Part shown: positions 1-9,668 of the stretch, piece after piece
Position numbering within the stretch: position 1 is the first letter of the stretch
Layout: the number at the start of each line of letters is the position of its first letter
The notes under the pieces: model-generated
Told to the model about the DNA's origin: nothing
The model's input: only the letters and a program-made list of their open reading frames with translations
Databases searched by the model: none
Assembly (NCBI GenBank): GCA_021787365.1
Contig: JAJYMB010000054.1
Span: 5,365-69,364 of the forward strand
Direction: 5' to 3'
DNA: 64,000 nt
Origin: Actinomycetes bacterium
Lineage (GTDB): Bacteria; Actinomycetota; Acidimicrobiia; Acidimicrobiales; Palsa-688
Program-made: the position numbers and the translations under genes

Positions 1-1
1 C

Positions 2-868
2 CTGGGCGTGCTGGTGGAAAAGCCACTGTGCCTGGACGTAGCGACAGGTACGGCGCTTCGGGCCCAGCTCGCCGGAGCCGAGCAGCGCATCATGGTCGGC
101 TACATGCGCCGCCACGACGGAGCCTTCAGAGGCCTCGAGCAAGCGACGGTGGAAGTCGGGCCGCTCCGGGCGGTCCGGGCCCGGACTGCCGAGACTGCGG
201 CCAGCGCTTACCTTAGGGACTTGCCCATAGACGAAGACCTGAAGGCCGACGAGGAACCCTCGCGCGCCGCTGGAGAAGACTATTCCTTCTTGCAAGAAAG
301 GACGGGCGGCTCGGCCCTTTCGGCGCGCCTCTACAAGAACATAGTGCTGGACAGCCTGGTCCACGAGCTCAACATGGTGCAGGCGCTAGCAGGGCCTGCC
401 AGTTCCGTGGCCTTCGCCGAGCTGTCGGAGACGGGCGCCAGCGCGCAAGTACGCTGCGAGCGGGCAACAGCGCAGCTGTCATGGGTGGCTACCCCAGGGG
501 CGGGGCGCTATGTGCAGGAGGTCCAAGTACTCGGCGCCGCCGGCAGCGCTCTCGTGCGCTTCGACTCCCCTTACCTGCCTGCCAGCGCCGGGCTCCTCAC
601 GGTCGAAGGCGGTGGCCCAGACCTGGCTGCCACCTGGCAGCGGACCACAGGACCGGCGCCGCTAGGGCCGTTCCGGTTGGAGCTAGTTGATTTCCACGCG
701 GTTGCCACCGGGGAGCGGCGGCCGAAGACAACCTTCGACGAGGCGCTCTCCGACATCGCCTTGTGCGAGGCGCTGGGCCAAGCGGCCGTGCGCGGCGAAG
801 AGGTGCAGGTGCAACGAGCAGCCGTGGAGGCGGTTGGCCGCCCCACAGGTGATGGGAGCACGACCTAG
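2..868 (+). CDS. Gfo/Idh/MocA family oxidoreductase, C-terminal part (5' end cut by window edge)
   Basis: The frame of ORF 8..868 is open to the window start. It begins in the L-V-E-K-P motif that closes the Rossmann domain of this family. A co-directional sugar isomerase gene follows 16 nt later. Confidence 0.6.
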   Translation: MGVLVEKPLCLDVATGTALRAQLAGAEQRIMVGYMRRHDGAFRGLEQATVEVGPLRAVRARTAETAASAYLRDLPIDEDLKADEEPSRAAGEDYSFLQERTGGSALSARLYKNIVLDSLVHELNMVQALAGPASSVAFAELSETGASAQVRCERATAQLSWVATPGAGRYVQEVQVLGAAGSALVRFDSPYLPASAGLLTVEGGGPDLAATWQRTTGPAPLGPFRLELVDFHAVATGERRPKTTFDEALSDIALCEALGQAAVRGEEVQVQRAAVEAVGRPTGDGSTT

Positions 869-884
869 AGAAAGGGGCTCGTGA

Positions 885-1817
885 ATGAGCATTCAACAGG
901 AAAACCGCCCAGCCGGAGACGACGTAACCCACGTGGCCAACGCACCAGTCAGCTACGGGGCTTTCGAGGTGACTGTAGGCATCGACCCCGACGTCCCGTC
1001 GTCCGACGGGGTCCTCGACGCCATTGCTGGTGCCGGCTATGAGGGTGTAGACCTCGGGCCGGTCGGCTATTTCGGGAAGGGCGAAGAGCTGGCCCGGGCT
1101 CTTGGCCAGCGCGGTCTCAAGCTCGCGGGGGGCTACCTCGAGGTCGACGTGACCTCAGACGAGGGGGTGGACCGCGGTAGGGCTGACCTCGAAGTGCTGA
1201 TGGACTGCTTCGACGCCGTCTCTGGTGGCGTCCCTCACCACCTCCGTCCCCGTCCTACCATCGCCCTAGTAGGCCCAGGGGTGGCCCCAGGCGACAGAGC
1301 TGGCCAAGAGGCCAAGCTGTGGTCCAACGCGGAGCGAGCGCTCGCTTTGTTAACCGGAGCCGCACGCCGGCGCCGCTATGAGCCGTGCCTCCACAACGAG
1401 CTCGGTACCCTTATCACCCGTGACACCGACGTAGCACAGGCGCTCGAGATCTCGGACATTTCGTTGTGCCTGGACACCGGGCACTTCTTCGCCGGGGGAG
1501 GCGACCCGCTCGCTGCGCTGGAGAGGTGGAGGGAGCGCATCTACCAGGTGCACATAAAGGACGCCCGCCGCGAACCGTACCAGAGGATCATCGCGGAAGG
1601 CAGGCCGGTCAGCGACATCTGGAGCGACGGGGTCTTCTGCCGTCTGGGAGAAGGCGACGCCGGTGCTGGCGACCTCGTGGAAGCGCTGGTGCGCCACAAC
1701 TACACCGGCTGGCTGGTGGTCGAACAGGACGTTCTACCCAAAGGACCTGCCGCCTACGCGGCCGCGGCCGGGGACCAACAACTGAACAGAGCGTTCTTGA
1801 AAGAGCGGGGAGTTTAG
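885..1817 (+). CDS. sugar phosphate isomerase/epimerase (xylose isomerase-like TIM barrel)
   Basis: 310-aa ORF with family-typical segments LCLDTGHFF, VHIKDAR and WLVVEQD. The purine-rich gaaagggg lies upstream of ATG 885. Confidence 0.7.
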   Translation: MSIQQENRPAGDDVTHVANAPVSYGAFEVTVGIDPDVPSSDGVLDAIAGAGYEGVDLGPVGYFGKGEELARALGQRGLKLAGGYLEVDVTSDEGVDRGRADLEVLMDCFDAVSGGVPHHLRPRPTIALVGPGVAPGDRAGQEAKLWSNAERALALLTGAARRRRYEPCLHNELGTLITRDTDVAQALEISDISLCLDTGHFFAGGGDPLAALERWRERIYQVHIKDARREPYQRIIAEGRPVSDIWSDGVFCRLGEGDAGAGDLVEALVRHNYTGWLVVEQDVLPKGPAAYAAAAGDQQLNRAFLKERGV

Positions 1818-1835
1818 GAGCGATCAACCGGTCCC

Positions 1836-2789
1836 ATGTTGACTACCACTGACAGAAGCATCCCAGGGTGGACGCGGCCCACCGGATGGGGCGCCGGTGG
1901 CAAGGCACCGCGTCGGCTCCGTCCCTACCAATTGCGTGCCTACGTGCTGCTCACTCCGTTCATAGCGCTGTGCGGGTTGCTCCTTGCGACGCCGGTCGTG
2001 ATGGCGCTCTACCTGTCGTTCACCAACATCCAGCTGATCGGCCCCACCGCAACTAATTTCTCCTTCACCGGGCTCACCAACCTCCACAGCCTCATAAGCG
2101 ACCCGCTGTTCGCCCACAGCTTCATCATCACGCTCGTGTTCGCCTTCGTCGGTACCGCATTGTTACAGACGATCATCGGTACCGCCGTCGCTTTCCTCCT
2201 CTCTCACGCCGTGACTTGGATCCGGCACCTTACGACTGCTGTGCTCGTCGTGGCATGGGTCATCCCCGAGGTCGTAGCCGGGCTCGCCTGGTACGCGCTC
2301 GCACAGCCCGGTGGCGTCCTTGACCAGATGAGCGGCGCCGGAGGCGCCGACCTGCTGCTGAAGCATGCCCTGGCGGTAGTCATAGCCGCCAACCTCTGGC
2401 ACAACCTCGCTTTCACGGTGCTCATGGTCACCGCTGGGCTGTACGGCATCCCTTCAGAGGTGGTAGAGGCAGCAGCCGTCGACGGTGCGAGCGCCCCCCG
2501 CACCATGTGGCACGTAAAGTTGCCGCTCCTGCGAGCAACCCTCGCAGTCAACGTGACGCTATCGGTTCTCCAAAGCCTCTCGGTCTTTACGCTTATTTAC
2601 GTCATGACCCAGGGCGGCCCAGCGAACGCGACTCTGACGATCCCGCTTTACCTATACCAGCAAGGCTTCCAGGACAACAACCTCGGCTATGCGACCTTGA
2701 TGGCCATCGTGTTGTTGCTGATCGGTGTGGTACTGGCCGCGGTGATGGTGCGCCAACGTGTGTCGACCGCAGGAAGGCCCTCCCGATGA
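1836..2789 (+). CDS. carbohydrate ABC transporter permease (MalF/UgpA-like)
   Basis: 317 aa with multiple hydrophobic spans and an EAA loop, EVVEAAAVDGASAPRTMWHVKLPLL. Confidence 0.85.
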   Translation: MLTTTDRSIPGWTRPTGWGAGGKAPRRLRPYQLRAYVLLTPFIALCGLLLATPVVMALYLSFTNIQLIGPTATNFSFTGLTNLHSLISDPLFAHSFIITLVFAFVGTALLQTIIGTAVAFLLSHAVTWIRHLTTAVLVVAWVIPEVVAGLAWYALAQPGGVLDQMSGAGGADLLLKHALAVVIAANLWHNLAFTVLMVTAGLYGIPSEVVEAAAVDGASAPRTMWHVKLPLLRATLAVNVTLSVLQSLSVFTLIYVMTQGGPANATLTIPLYLYQQGFQDNNLGYATLMAIVLLLIGVVLAAVMVRQRVSTAGRPSR

Positions 2790-3664
2790 GGCGCAACGAC
2801 CCTCGACGATTCCCTTCGCTGTCGAGACGGGTCCTCAGGCTATCGCGTCCCCAGCGACGCCTTGCCGCGTCGTTCCTTGCACTGCTCGTTGCGGCTGGAA
2901 TGCTGCTCCCCTTCTTGTGGTTGGTCCTCGTCTCCTTTAGCAACCGCAGTTCCTTCGGCCTGCAAGTCCCTTCCTGGACTGGATCCAATTACTCCAAAGT
3001 CCTGTCTCCATCCAGCGGCTTCGGGTTCGACCCGTTCCTCAGCAGCTTCTACCTCGGGCTGGGCAGTGCCATCTTGAGTACCGTTATCGGCTTTCCTGCT
3101 GCCTATGCTCTTTCGAGGGGCCGCCTGCGTCACAAGCGCGGTATCATGCTCGGCGCGCTGTTCCTCAGCGCGCTGCCTCTTCCGGCTCTCGTTGTCCCCA
3201 TTTACGAGCTCTACACCAAGCTCGGCCTGCTCAATTCGCTCGTCTTCACCGGGGCGGTCATCGGTGTCACAGCACTGCCCTTCACAGTCTGGATCCTCAC
3301 CAGCCAGATGGACAGCATCCCCGTCGAACTGGACGAAGCGGCTGGCATCGATGGCGCGGGGACCGCGAGGGTGCTGCTCCGTATCATCCTCCCGGTCGTC
3401 GCCCCCGGTGTCAGCTTCGCCTTCATCTTTTCCTTCCTCCAGGGATGGGGGGGCTTCCTCATCCCGCTCATCCTTGACACCATCCCGTCGGAGACCCCCG
3501 CGCCGATCGCTGTCTACAACTTCATGAGCGACCACACTGGCTTCGCCTTTGGTGCGATCGGCGCCTTCTCGGTCTTGTTCTGTATCCCCGTCGTCGCCCT
3601 GTACTCGTTGGTCTCCAAGCAGTTCAGCACCGGCTTCTCCGCCGCTGGAGCGCTTGCCGGGTAG
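2786..3664 (+). CDS. carbohydrate ABC transporter permease (MalG/UgpE-like)
   Basis: Start moved from track ORF 2507 to ATG 2786, which overlaps the upstream stop as ATGA. EAA loop ELDEAAGIDGAGTARVLLRIILPVV. The N-terminal 93 aa of the track ORF run off-frame through the previous gene. Confidence 0.85.
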   Translation: MRRNDPRRFPSLSRRVLRLSRPQRRLAASFLALLVAAGMLLPFLWLVLVSFSNRSSFGLQVPSWTGSNYSKVLSPSSGFGFDPFLSSFYLGLGSAILSTVIGFPAAYALSRGRLRHKRGIMLGALFLSALPLPALVVPIYELYTKLGLLNSLVFTGAVIGVTALPFTVWILTSQMDSIPVELDEAAGIDGAGTARVLLRIILPVVAPGVSFAFIFSFLQGWGGFLIPLILDTIPSETPAPIAVYNFMSDHTGFAFGAIGAFSVLFCIPVVALYSLVSKQFSTGFSAAGALAG

Positions 3665-3764
3665 CAGGACCGCCGGACTTGTGGCACGGACGCGCTGTTT
3701 TTACCTGTTACAAAGCTAACTCATGAAAAACAAGTATCACTAGCATAAATGAAAAGGAGAGTTC

Positions 3765-5258
3765 ATGAAACAGTCCAAGATGAAGGTCGCTTCGCTGTGT
3801 GCATGGCCCGCCGGTTCGCAGGACAGGGCCGCGAAGCAGAGGGTAACACCGCGGCTTTGCCGGCGCTTTGCTGTCGGAGGGTTCTCGGCCCTCGTCAGCA
3901 TTGCTGGGCTTGCCCCAGGCGCCATCCGCGTGGCCGGCGCACAGACCCACGCGACTTCCGCCGCGCTGACGGGGACGATCACTGCCGAGTTCGACGCCGG
4001 GCTCACCTTCGACTCCAACGCCCTGGGCGTCTCGTGGTGGAACAAGGTGGCAAGCGAGTTCCATAAGAAGTACCCCCACGCGACGCTGAAGCTGGTCAAC
4101 ATTTCGGGCAACCTCGCCGCCTATACCACCAAGCTGGCGCTGCAGTTCAGGACTCCGGCGTCCGCCCCGGACGTGATACAGATCAACAGTCAGTACCTTG
4201 GTGAGTTCGCGGCGGCGGGGGACCTGCTCCCGCTCAACAGGTACGTCGCCCGTGGCGAGATCCCGGGTTGGGCGTCTTACCCGGCCAATGTAAAAGCCGA
4301 CGACACCTTCAACGGCACCGTTTTCGGCATCGACGAGGGGGAGAACATCGGTGCCCTGATATTCAATAAGAGCATGCTGCAAAAGGCAGGCGTCAAGTTG
4401 CCTTGGAAGCCCACGACGTGGGCACAAGTCATCTCAGCTGCCGAGGCGGTGAAGGCACATGATCCCGGCGTCTACCCGCTCGGGATCGCGGCCGGCACCG
4501 CGACCGCCGCTGGTGGAATCGCCCAGGGGACCGGCCACCTCATCTACGGCAGCAGCACGCCGACCATCTATGACGGCACGAAGCACCGCTGGGTCGTCTC
4601 GAGCCCTGGCCTCTCCCAGGTGATGTCCTTCTACCGCAGCGTGTTCGGCGATGGCCTCGGCGTGCCGGTGTCCTACCTCTTCGAGTCCAATGCGATCGGT
4701 GAGCTCCCCACCCTCATGTCCGAGGGCAAGCTGGCAATTGCTATCGGGGAGAACTGGTACCCAGGTGCCTTTGCGCTCAAGGGCACGGGCGAGACGTGGC
4801 CGGCCGCCAAGAAGGTGGTGGGTGCCGCGCCGATCCCGACCAGGACCGGCCAGGCGCCGGGGAGCGCGTCGGCGCTCCAGGCTTGGGCGGTCGCGGTGTC
4901 CAAGGATAGCAAGCAAACGGCGCTCGACCTCGGGCTGGTCAAGATCATGCAGAGCAACGCGAACATCGTCAGCATGGCCAACACGGCGGGCTTCGTCCCT
5001 CCGGAGCCGAGCCTCGCCCACGCTCCTGCCTTCGTCCATCTCGCGCCGTTGCAGTCCGTGATCGCTGGCTACCTGAGCGCCGCCAAGCCTTTGCCGAGCT
5101 ATGAACCCGGCTATGCGGCCTGGGTCGACGGCATCGAACAGGCAACCGCCAAACTGGCGAGTGACCCCAATGGGACCACCGTGGCCGCCGCGCTGGCCCT
5201 CGTAAAGTCAACGGTCTCAGCGCAGCTTGGTGCGAGTAAAGTAGAGGTCTTGCCGTAG
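3765..5258 (+). CDS. ABC transporter extracellular solute-binding protein (sugar type)
   Basis: 497 aa with a hydrophobic N-terminal signal-like segment and sugar-SBP-like composition. SD aaaaggagag lies 5 nt before ATG 3765. An AT-rich island lies immediately upstream. Confidence 0.8.
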   Translation: MKQSKMKVASLCAWPAGSQDRAAKQRVTPRLCRRFAVGGFSALVSIAGLAPGAIRVAGAQTHATSAALTGTITAEFDAGLTFDSNALGVSWWNKVASEFHKKYPHATLKLVNISGNLAAYTTKLALQFRTPASAPDVIQINSQYLGEFAAAGDLLPLNRYVARGEIPGWASYPANVKADDTFNGTVFGIDEGENIGALIFNKSMLQKAGVKLPWKPTTWAQVISAAEAVKAHDPGVYPLGIAAGTATAAGGIAQGTGHLIYGSSTPTIYDGTKHRWVVSSPGLSQVMSFYRSVFGDGLGVPVSYLFESNAIGELPTLMSEGKLAIAIGENWYPGAFALKGTGETWPAAKKVVGAAPIPTRTGQAPGSASALQAWAVAVSKDSKQTALDLGLVKIMQSNANIVSMANTAGFVPPEPSLAHAPAFVHLAPLQSVIAGYLSAAKPLPSYEPGYAAWVDGIEQATAKLASDPNGTTVAAALALVKSTVSAQLGASKVEVLP

Positions 5259-5347
5259 TCATCCGTGGTGGTTCCGCTCGCCGGCCCCAGTCCCTAGATG
5301 GGCGAGCGGAGCCACCATCCATCCTGAAACCGACAGAGGCCCGCACC

Positions 5348-6862
5348 ATGCGCATTTTGTTTATCGACATCGACACGTTGCGACCCGACCACCTTTTCCT
5401 GTACGGCTACCGGCGCAACACGACACCCAACCTCGACGCGCTTGCGCGGGACGCCATGGTGTTTGACAATTGTTTCACGAGCGACAGCCCGTGTGTGCCC
5501 TCGCGTGCCGCCTTTACGAGCCAGCAGTTCGGCACCGCCACCGGCGCGATCGGAAACGCCGGCCTCGCGGCCCAGCTGCCCTTCTCCTCAGGGAACGGCC
5601 GCCCGCCAAAGGAGGTCTACCTCGGTGGGCACCTCTATAGGCATGGGATCCGCACCACCTCCTTCTCTTGCTTCCCCGAACGCCACCAGGCGTACTGGTT
5701 CGTCGGCAACTTCCGCGAGTGGGCCATGCCGTCGCTGTCACTCGGCGACGACCAGATGGCCTCTGAGGTTGTCGATGCGGCAAGCAGCTGGCTCGAGGCG
5801 CACGCAGCGGAGGAAAATTGGTTTCTCCACCTCCACTTTTGGGACCCCCACACCCCGTATGTGGTGGACCCGAGCTGGTCGGAGAAAGCGGCCTCGACCG
5901 GTCCCGCTCCGGACTGGCCGTCAGAGGAGCTCATCGCAAAGCACTATGCCTTCGGCTACGGGCCGCATTCGGCCTTCGACTTGTACGAGGACGGGGGTCG
6001 CTGGCAGGTTCCACTCCCGGGGTCCCCGACGCCCGAGACGATGCCTGCTGCGGTCCGCAACCGCCAGGATTTCGAGATGCTCATCAATGGCTACGACGGC
6101 GGGATCGCCTACTGCGACTCCGAGATCGGCCGGTTGTTCGACCTGCTCGCTTCGCTCGGCCACCTTGAGGACACCGCTGTTATCGTCGCTTCAGACCACG
6201 GTGAGTGCTTCGGCGAGAACGGCATCTACGGTGACCACCCATTGGCCAACGAGGCCGTTCACCACGTCCCGCTCATCGTCCGCTGGCCGGGCCTGACGAC
6301 GGCGGCGTCACACTCGGCGCGCCACGTCGAAGGCCTCGTGTACACCTTGGACCTCGGCCCGACACTGTGCGAGCTGCTCGGGCTGCCGGTGCCGGAGGTA
6401 TGGTCTGGCACCTCATTCGCCTCCGCGCTGCGCGGCGAGGACTTCGCCGGCCGAGGCTACCTCGTCCTGAGCCACGGCGCCTACTCGTCTCAGCGTGCAG
6501 TGCGGACGCGCGAGCACCTCTACGTCGCAACGTTCGACCCGGGGCTGTACCGGGTAGATCCCGAGCAGCTCTATGAGCTCAGCTCGCCAGGTGGCCATCT
6601 CGTGGATCGGTTCGCCTCCGCATCGCCTGGGGTGCTCGAGTCGCTCCGGGCGACACTGTTCCGTTGGACGTGGGGAGTCACGGCGGGGCTCGGCTCAGCA
6701 GGGGACCCGGTCATGCGACGGGTCTACGAATCGCCCGAGGACGCCTTCCCGGTGCAACCCTACGTCGCACGTTTACGAGCGACCGGGCGCGAGCGGCTCG
6801 CGGCCGAACTGCTTGAGCGGCGCGCAAGCTGGCCCGATGTCGAGCGCCTCGTTACTTCCTAG
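5348..6862 (+). CDS. sulfatase (formylglycine-type, alkaline phosphatase superfamily)
   Basis: 504 aa with an N-terminal IDIDTLRPDH metal-site region. Canonical C-x-P-x-R signature CVPSRAAFTS at nt 5492-5506. SDHGE segment downstream. Confidence 0.8.
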   Translation: MRILFIDIDTLRPDHLFLYGYRRNTTPNLDALARDAMVFDNCFTSDSPCVPSRAAFTSQQFGTATGAIGNAGLAAQLPFSSGNGRPPKEVYLGGHLYRHGIRTTSFSCFPERHQAYWFVGNFREWAMPSLSLGDDQMASEVVDAASSWLEAHAAEENWFLHLHFWDPHTPYVVDPSWSEKAASTGPAPDWPSEELIAKHYAFGYGPHSAFDLYEDGGRWQVPLPGSPTPETMPAAVRNRQDFEMLINGYDGGIAYCDSEIGRLFDLLASLGHLEDTAVIVASDHGECFGENGIYGDHPLANEAVHHVPLIVRWPGLTTAASHSARHVEGLVYTLDLGPTLCELLGLPVPEVWSGTSFASALRGEDFAGRGYLVLSHGAYSSQRAVRTREHLYVATFDPGLYRVDPEQLYELSSPGGHLVDRFASASPGVLESLRATLFRWTWGVTAGLGSAGDPVMRRVYESPEDAFPVQPYVARLRATGRERLAAELLERRASWPDVERLVTS

Positions 6863-7244
6863 TCCAGTCCGTGTAGGGGTTCGTCGAGCCGGGTGGCGAC
6901 CGGGCCCTCTCACTACGTGGGCCTGAACGTACCACCCCCGACGGTCGGTGCCCTGACTCGACGCCGAAGATGGCGCACACCCCTGGCTGGTCCTTGAAGC
7001 CGCAGCGGTGTCTGGCAGAGGCAGAGGGTCCCAACACGCCAAGGTCGGCGTCGATCGCTTCTACTCTTGCCGTGGCAGCCGACGCGAGCGGCTTCTCCTA
7101 TAAGCGCATACTGGCACGCGGTCGGCCTGGTGCTCTCACCGGTGCCATCGAGGGTGCGGAGGTACACGAGCAGCGGGCATTGCGCTGCTGCTACAAGCTT
7201 GGGCCGGTCGGCAAAGGCCTCTGCTGACGACCGATAACCCAACT

Positions 7245-7274
7245 GGCCAGGCGGCCGATCGCTCCCGCCTGGCC
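7245..7274. terminator. GC-rich hairpin in the convergent intergenic region
   Basis: Perfect 10-bp stem GGCCAGGCGG / CCGCCTGGCC with a 10-nt loop, between the converging sulfatase and oxidoreductase genes. No U-tract. Confidence 0.35.
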
Positions 7275-7324
7275 GGGAGGGTCACCCGTCCTGTCGCGGC
7301 TTCTCGCTCTGGTCGGGCGGCTAG

Positions 7325-7355
7325 GCCGAGGCTGGTGGCGTCGTGGTGCCTCGGC
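7325..7355 (-). terminator. hairpin immediately 3' of the oxidoreductase stop codon
   Basis: 8-bp stem GCCGAGGC / GCCTCGGC with a 15-nt loop, abutting the minus-strand stop at 7356-7358. Confidence 0.3.
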
Positions 7356-8384
7356 TCACCCCGGTGAGGAGCCGACGAAAAGTCTAGCGCCGCCCTCCTC
7401 GAGCGACCGGTAGGCGAGCCCCAACGCCTGCATGGCGTCGCGCACTTGCAAAAGGTCAACCAGGGGTTGTCGCTCCTCTTCGAGGGCGCTCACAAAGTCG
7501 ACCACCCCCTCGGCGATCGATTCCTGCTTCCAGGTTCTCGGCGCGTACGGCACCGGCAACGGCGTGCCCTCGTAATCCTTGCCATGGCGGAAGTGCTTCA
7601 CCACCGGGTCGGCCAGTTGGTCGACGATCAGCGACCCTGCCGACCCGTAGACCTCGAGGCGCTCGTTCCAGGGGATCTCGGCCGTGAAGCTGAACTCGGT
7701 GAGGAAGTCGGCACCAGTTACGAGCCGCCCGGTCACGACCCCGAAGTCCTCCACCTCGCTTACCGGGACACGGCGCTCTCCGCGTCCTGAGACGTGCTCG
7801 AAGCCGCCGAACATCCAGCGCAGGAGGTAGAACGAGTGCGCCCCGGCATCGAGGATGGCGCCGCCTACAGTGCCGTCACGCCGCCCCTTCCACAGCTCGG
7901 GGCGGCTCAGGCGTTCGGTCTCGTTGCCGCAGATCATCGTCCGCACGAGCTGGACGTCGCCTAGCTCGCCTCCGCGCACCAGCGGTTCGATCGCCCGGTA
8001 AGCGGCGACGAAGCGGGTGTTCTCGGCTAGCGCCAGCACTTTGCCTGAGCGCTCTGCTGCTTCAAATAACCGGTCGGCCGCGGCCAGTGAGGGTGCGATC
8101 GGTTTCTCGACCAGGACGTGCTTGCCGGCCTCAAGGGCCGCCAGAGCGACCGGCTCGTGCAAGCTGTGCGGCAGCATGATGTCGACGGCGTCGACGTCAG
8201 AGACCTCGAGCAGCCGGTGGTAATCGGAAAAGGCCTTGGCCCCCCACTCCTTGGCCTCGGCAGAAGAGCGGGCCTCGTCGGCATCGCAGACCGCGACGAC
8301 CTCGGCGGCCGCATGGCGCCGGTAACCCTCTGCATGGGCGCGGTAGATACTGCCCAGCCCGATCAGGCCCATCCCCACGGTCAT
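7356..8384 (-). CDS. Gfo/Idh/MocA family oxidoreductase
   Basis: Start reassigned to ATG 8384 (MTVGMGLIGLGSIYRAH, a Rossmann GxGxxG-type start). EKP motif in VLVEKPIAP. The extra 35 Arg-rich aa of the track ORF overlap the upstream gene region. Confidence 0.8.
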   Translation of the reverse strand: MTVGMGLIGLGSIYRAHAEGYRRHAAAEVVAVCDADEARSSAEAKEWGAKAFSDYHRLLEVSDVDAVDIMLPHSLHEPVALAALEAGKHVLVEKPIAPSLAAADRLFEAAERSGKVLALAENTRFVAAYRAIEPLVRGGELGDVQLVRTMICGNETERLSRPELWKGRRDGTVGGAILDAGAHSFYLLRWMFGGFEHVSGRGERRVPVSEVEDFGVVTGRLVTGADFLTEFSFTAEIPWNERLEVYGSAGSLIVDQLADPVVKHFRHGKDYEGTPLPVPYAPRTWKQESIAEGVVDFVSALEEERQPLVDLLQVRDAMQALGLAYRSLEEGGARLFVGSSPG

Positions 8385-8430
8385 GGCAGTCCCCCTGCGC
8401 CTACGTCGCCTAGCCCGGTACCGACGCGGC

Positions 8431-9588
8431 TCATGCCGGCACGACCGTGCGGACCGAGCGGTCGAGCAGGGAGAGGCGTTCCGGCCCATCTGGGCGGATG
8501 ACGTAGGTTTCCTCGTCGCCGACTGAGCCGTGCTCGCCGGCGACGGCGTAGAGCTCGATCGCCACGACCATGTCCTCCTCGATCACGCGCGACTCGTCGT
8601 CATCGATCCACTCCTCCTCGGTCACGAGGCCAATGCCATGGCCCACGTGGGTGAAGCGGCCGAGCAGAGGGATCCCCCGCGAGGCGAACCCCTGCCGGCC
8701 GACGCGCGTCAGCTGGGCGAAGCTGACGCCGGGGCGCATCGCCTCGGCCACCTCGTCGACCACTGCGCACATCGCGGCGTGCTGCTCGAGCACGATATCT
8801 GGGACCTTCTCGCCGATGTAGGCATAGCGGCGGCAGTCGGAAGTGTAGCCGGCGAACTTGGCTCCCACGTCGACCACCGCCAAGGCGCCCTCCCTCAGCG
8901 CCTCGTCGATCGCGATCTCGGGGTTGGCCCGCCCAAAAGACATTGTGACGTGCCCGACTCCGTCCCCGCCAAGCTCGAGGACCGAGCTCTTGGCGAGCCG
9001 GATGGCGTCAAGGCGTGAACCCCCGACCTGAAGCGAGGCGATCACCAGCTCGAGCGCACCCTCGGCGACTTCGACGCTGCGCCGTAGCAGTTCCACCTCG
9101 CGCGCCGATTTGCGCCGGCGAAGCGCGTACAGCAAGGGGTCGCCGCTCGCCAGCTCGACGCGACCAAGCGACGTGAGCAGCTGGGCGACCTCAAAGGGAC
9201 AGGTGGACTCGATGCCGACGCGGGCCGAGGTGCCACCGGCGTTGCTGGCGCTGGCTGCCACCCGCTCGCCGAGCAGCCGCATGGCCTCGGCACGGTCGTT
9301 GAACGCGACCACCTCCTCGGCGTCGACACTCACGTCCTCGAGCGAGAAACCCCAACAGAGGAGGTGGCGGTCCCCGCCCCGCCCGATCACGACGGCGTAG
9401 GGGAAGACGTTGCGCAATGAGTAAAGGATCGGGTTGCCGCTCGTCGGCAACGTTGGGTAACCCGTAGCGTAGAAGACGTTCTCCGGGCTAGTAACCACGA
9501 GGGCCGCTAGGTCTTCCTTCTCGAGCAGGGTGCCGGCTCGAGACTGGTCGAACCCCGCGGAGTGCAGCTCAGCGTGCTGGGCGAACAT
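8431..9588 (-). CDS. M24 family metallopeptidase / creatinase-prolidase-like hydrolase
   Basis: 385 aa with a creatinase-type N-domain. M24 metal ligand pattern: VVDVGAKFAGYTSDCRR, HVGHGIG, VVAIELY, GDEETYV. Confidence 0.75.
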   Translation of the reverse strand: MFAQHAELHSAGFDQSRAGTLLEKEDLAALVVTSPENVFYATGYPTLPTSGNPILYSLRNVFPYAVVIGRGGDRHLLCWGFSLEDVSVDAEEVVAFNDRAEAMRLLGERVAASASNAGGTSARVGIESTCPFEVAQLLTSLGRVELASGDPLLYALRRRKSAREVELLRRSVEVAEGALELVIASLQVGGSRLDAIRLAKSSVLELGGDGVGHVTMSFGRANPEIAIDEALREGALAVVDVGAKFAGYTSDCRRYAYIGEKVPDIVLEQHAAMCAVVDEVAEAMRPGVSFAQLTRVGRQGFASRGIPLLGRFTHVGHGIGLVTEEEWIDDDESRVIEEDMVVAIELYAVAGEHGSVGDEETYVIRPDGPERLSLLDRSVRTVVPA

Positions 9589-9668
9589 TGGTCATCCTCC
9601 TTGTCTGTATTGGACATTGGATCCCAGTCCCAGGGCCTGGTCCCAGGGCCCGGTGCGGGCCATTTTGA

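Noticed and set aside
6913-7242. 109-aa minus-strand ORF with PLLVYLRTLDGTG (faint resemblance to the esterase HGGG region)
   Set aside because: The resemblance is only a few residues, the key His/Gly residues are absent, and the ORF lies in a convergent intergenic region with terminator-like hairpins.
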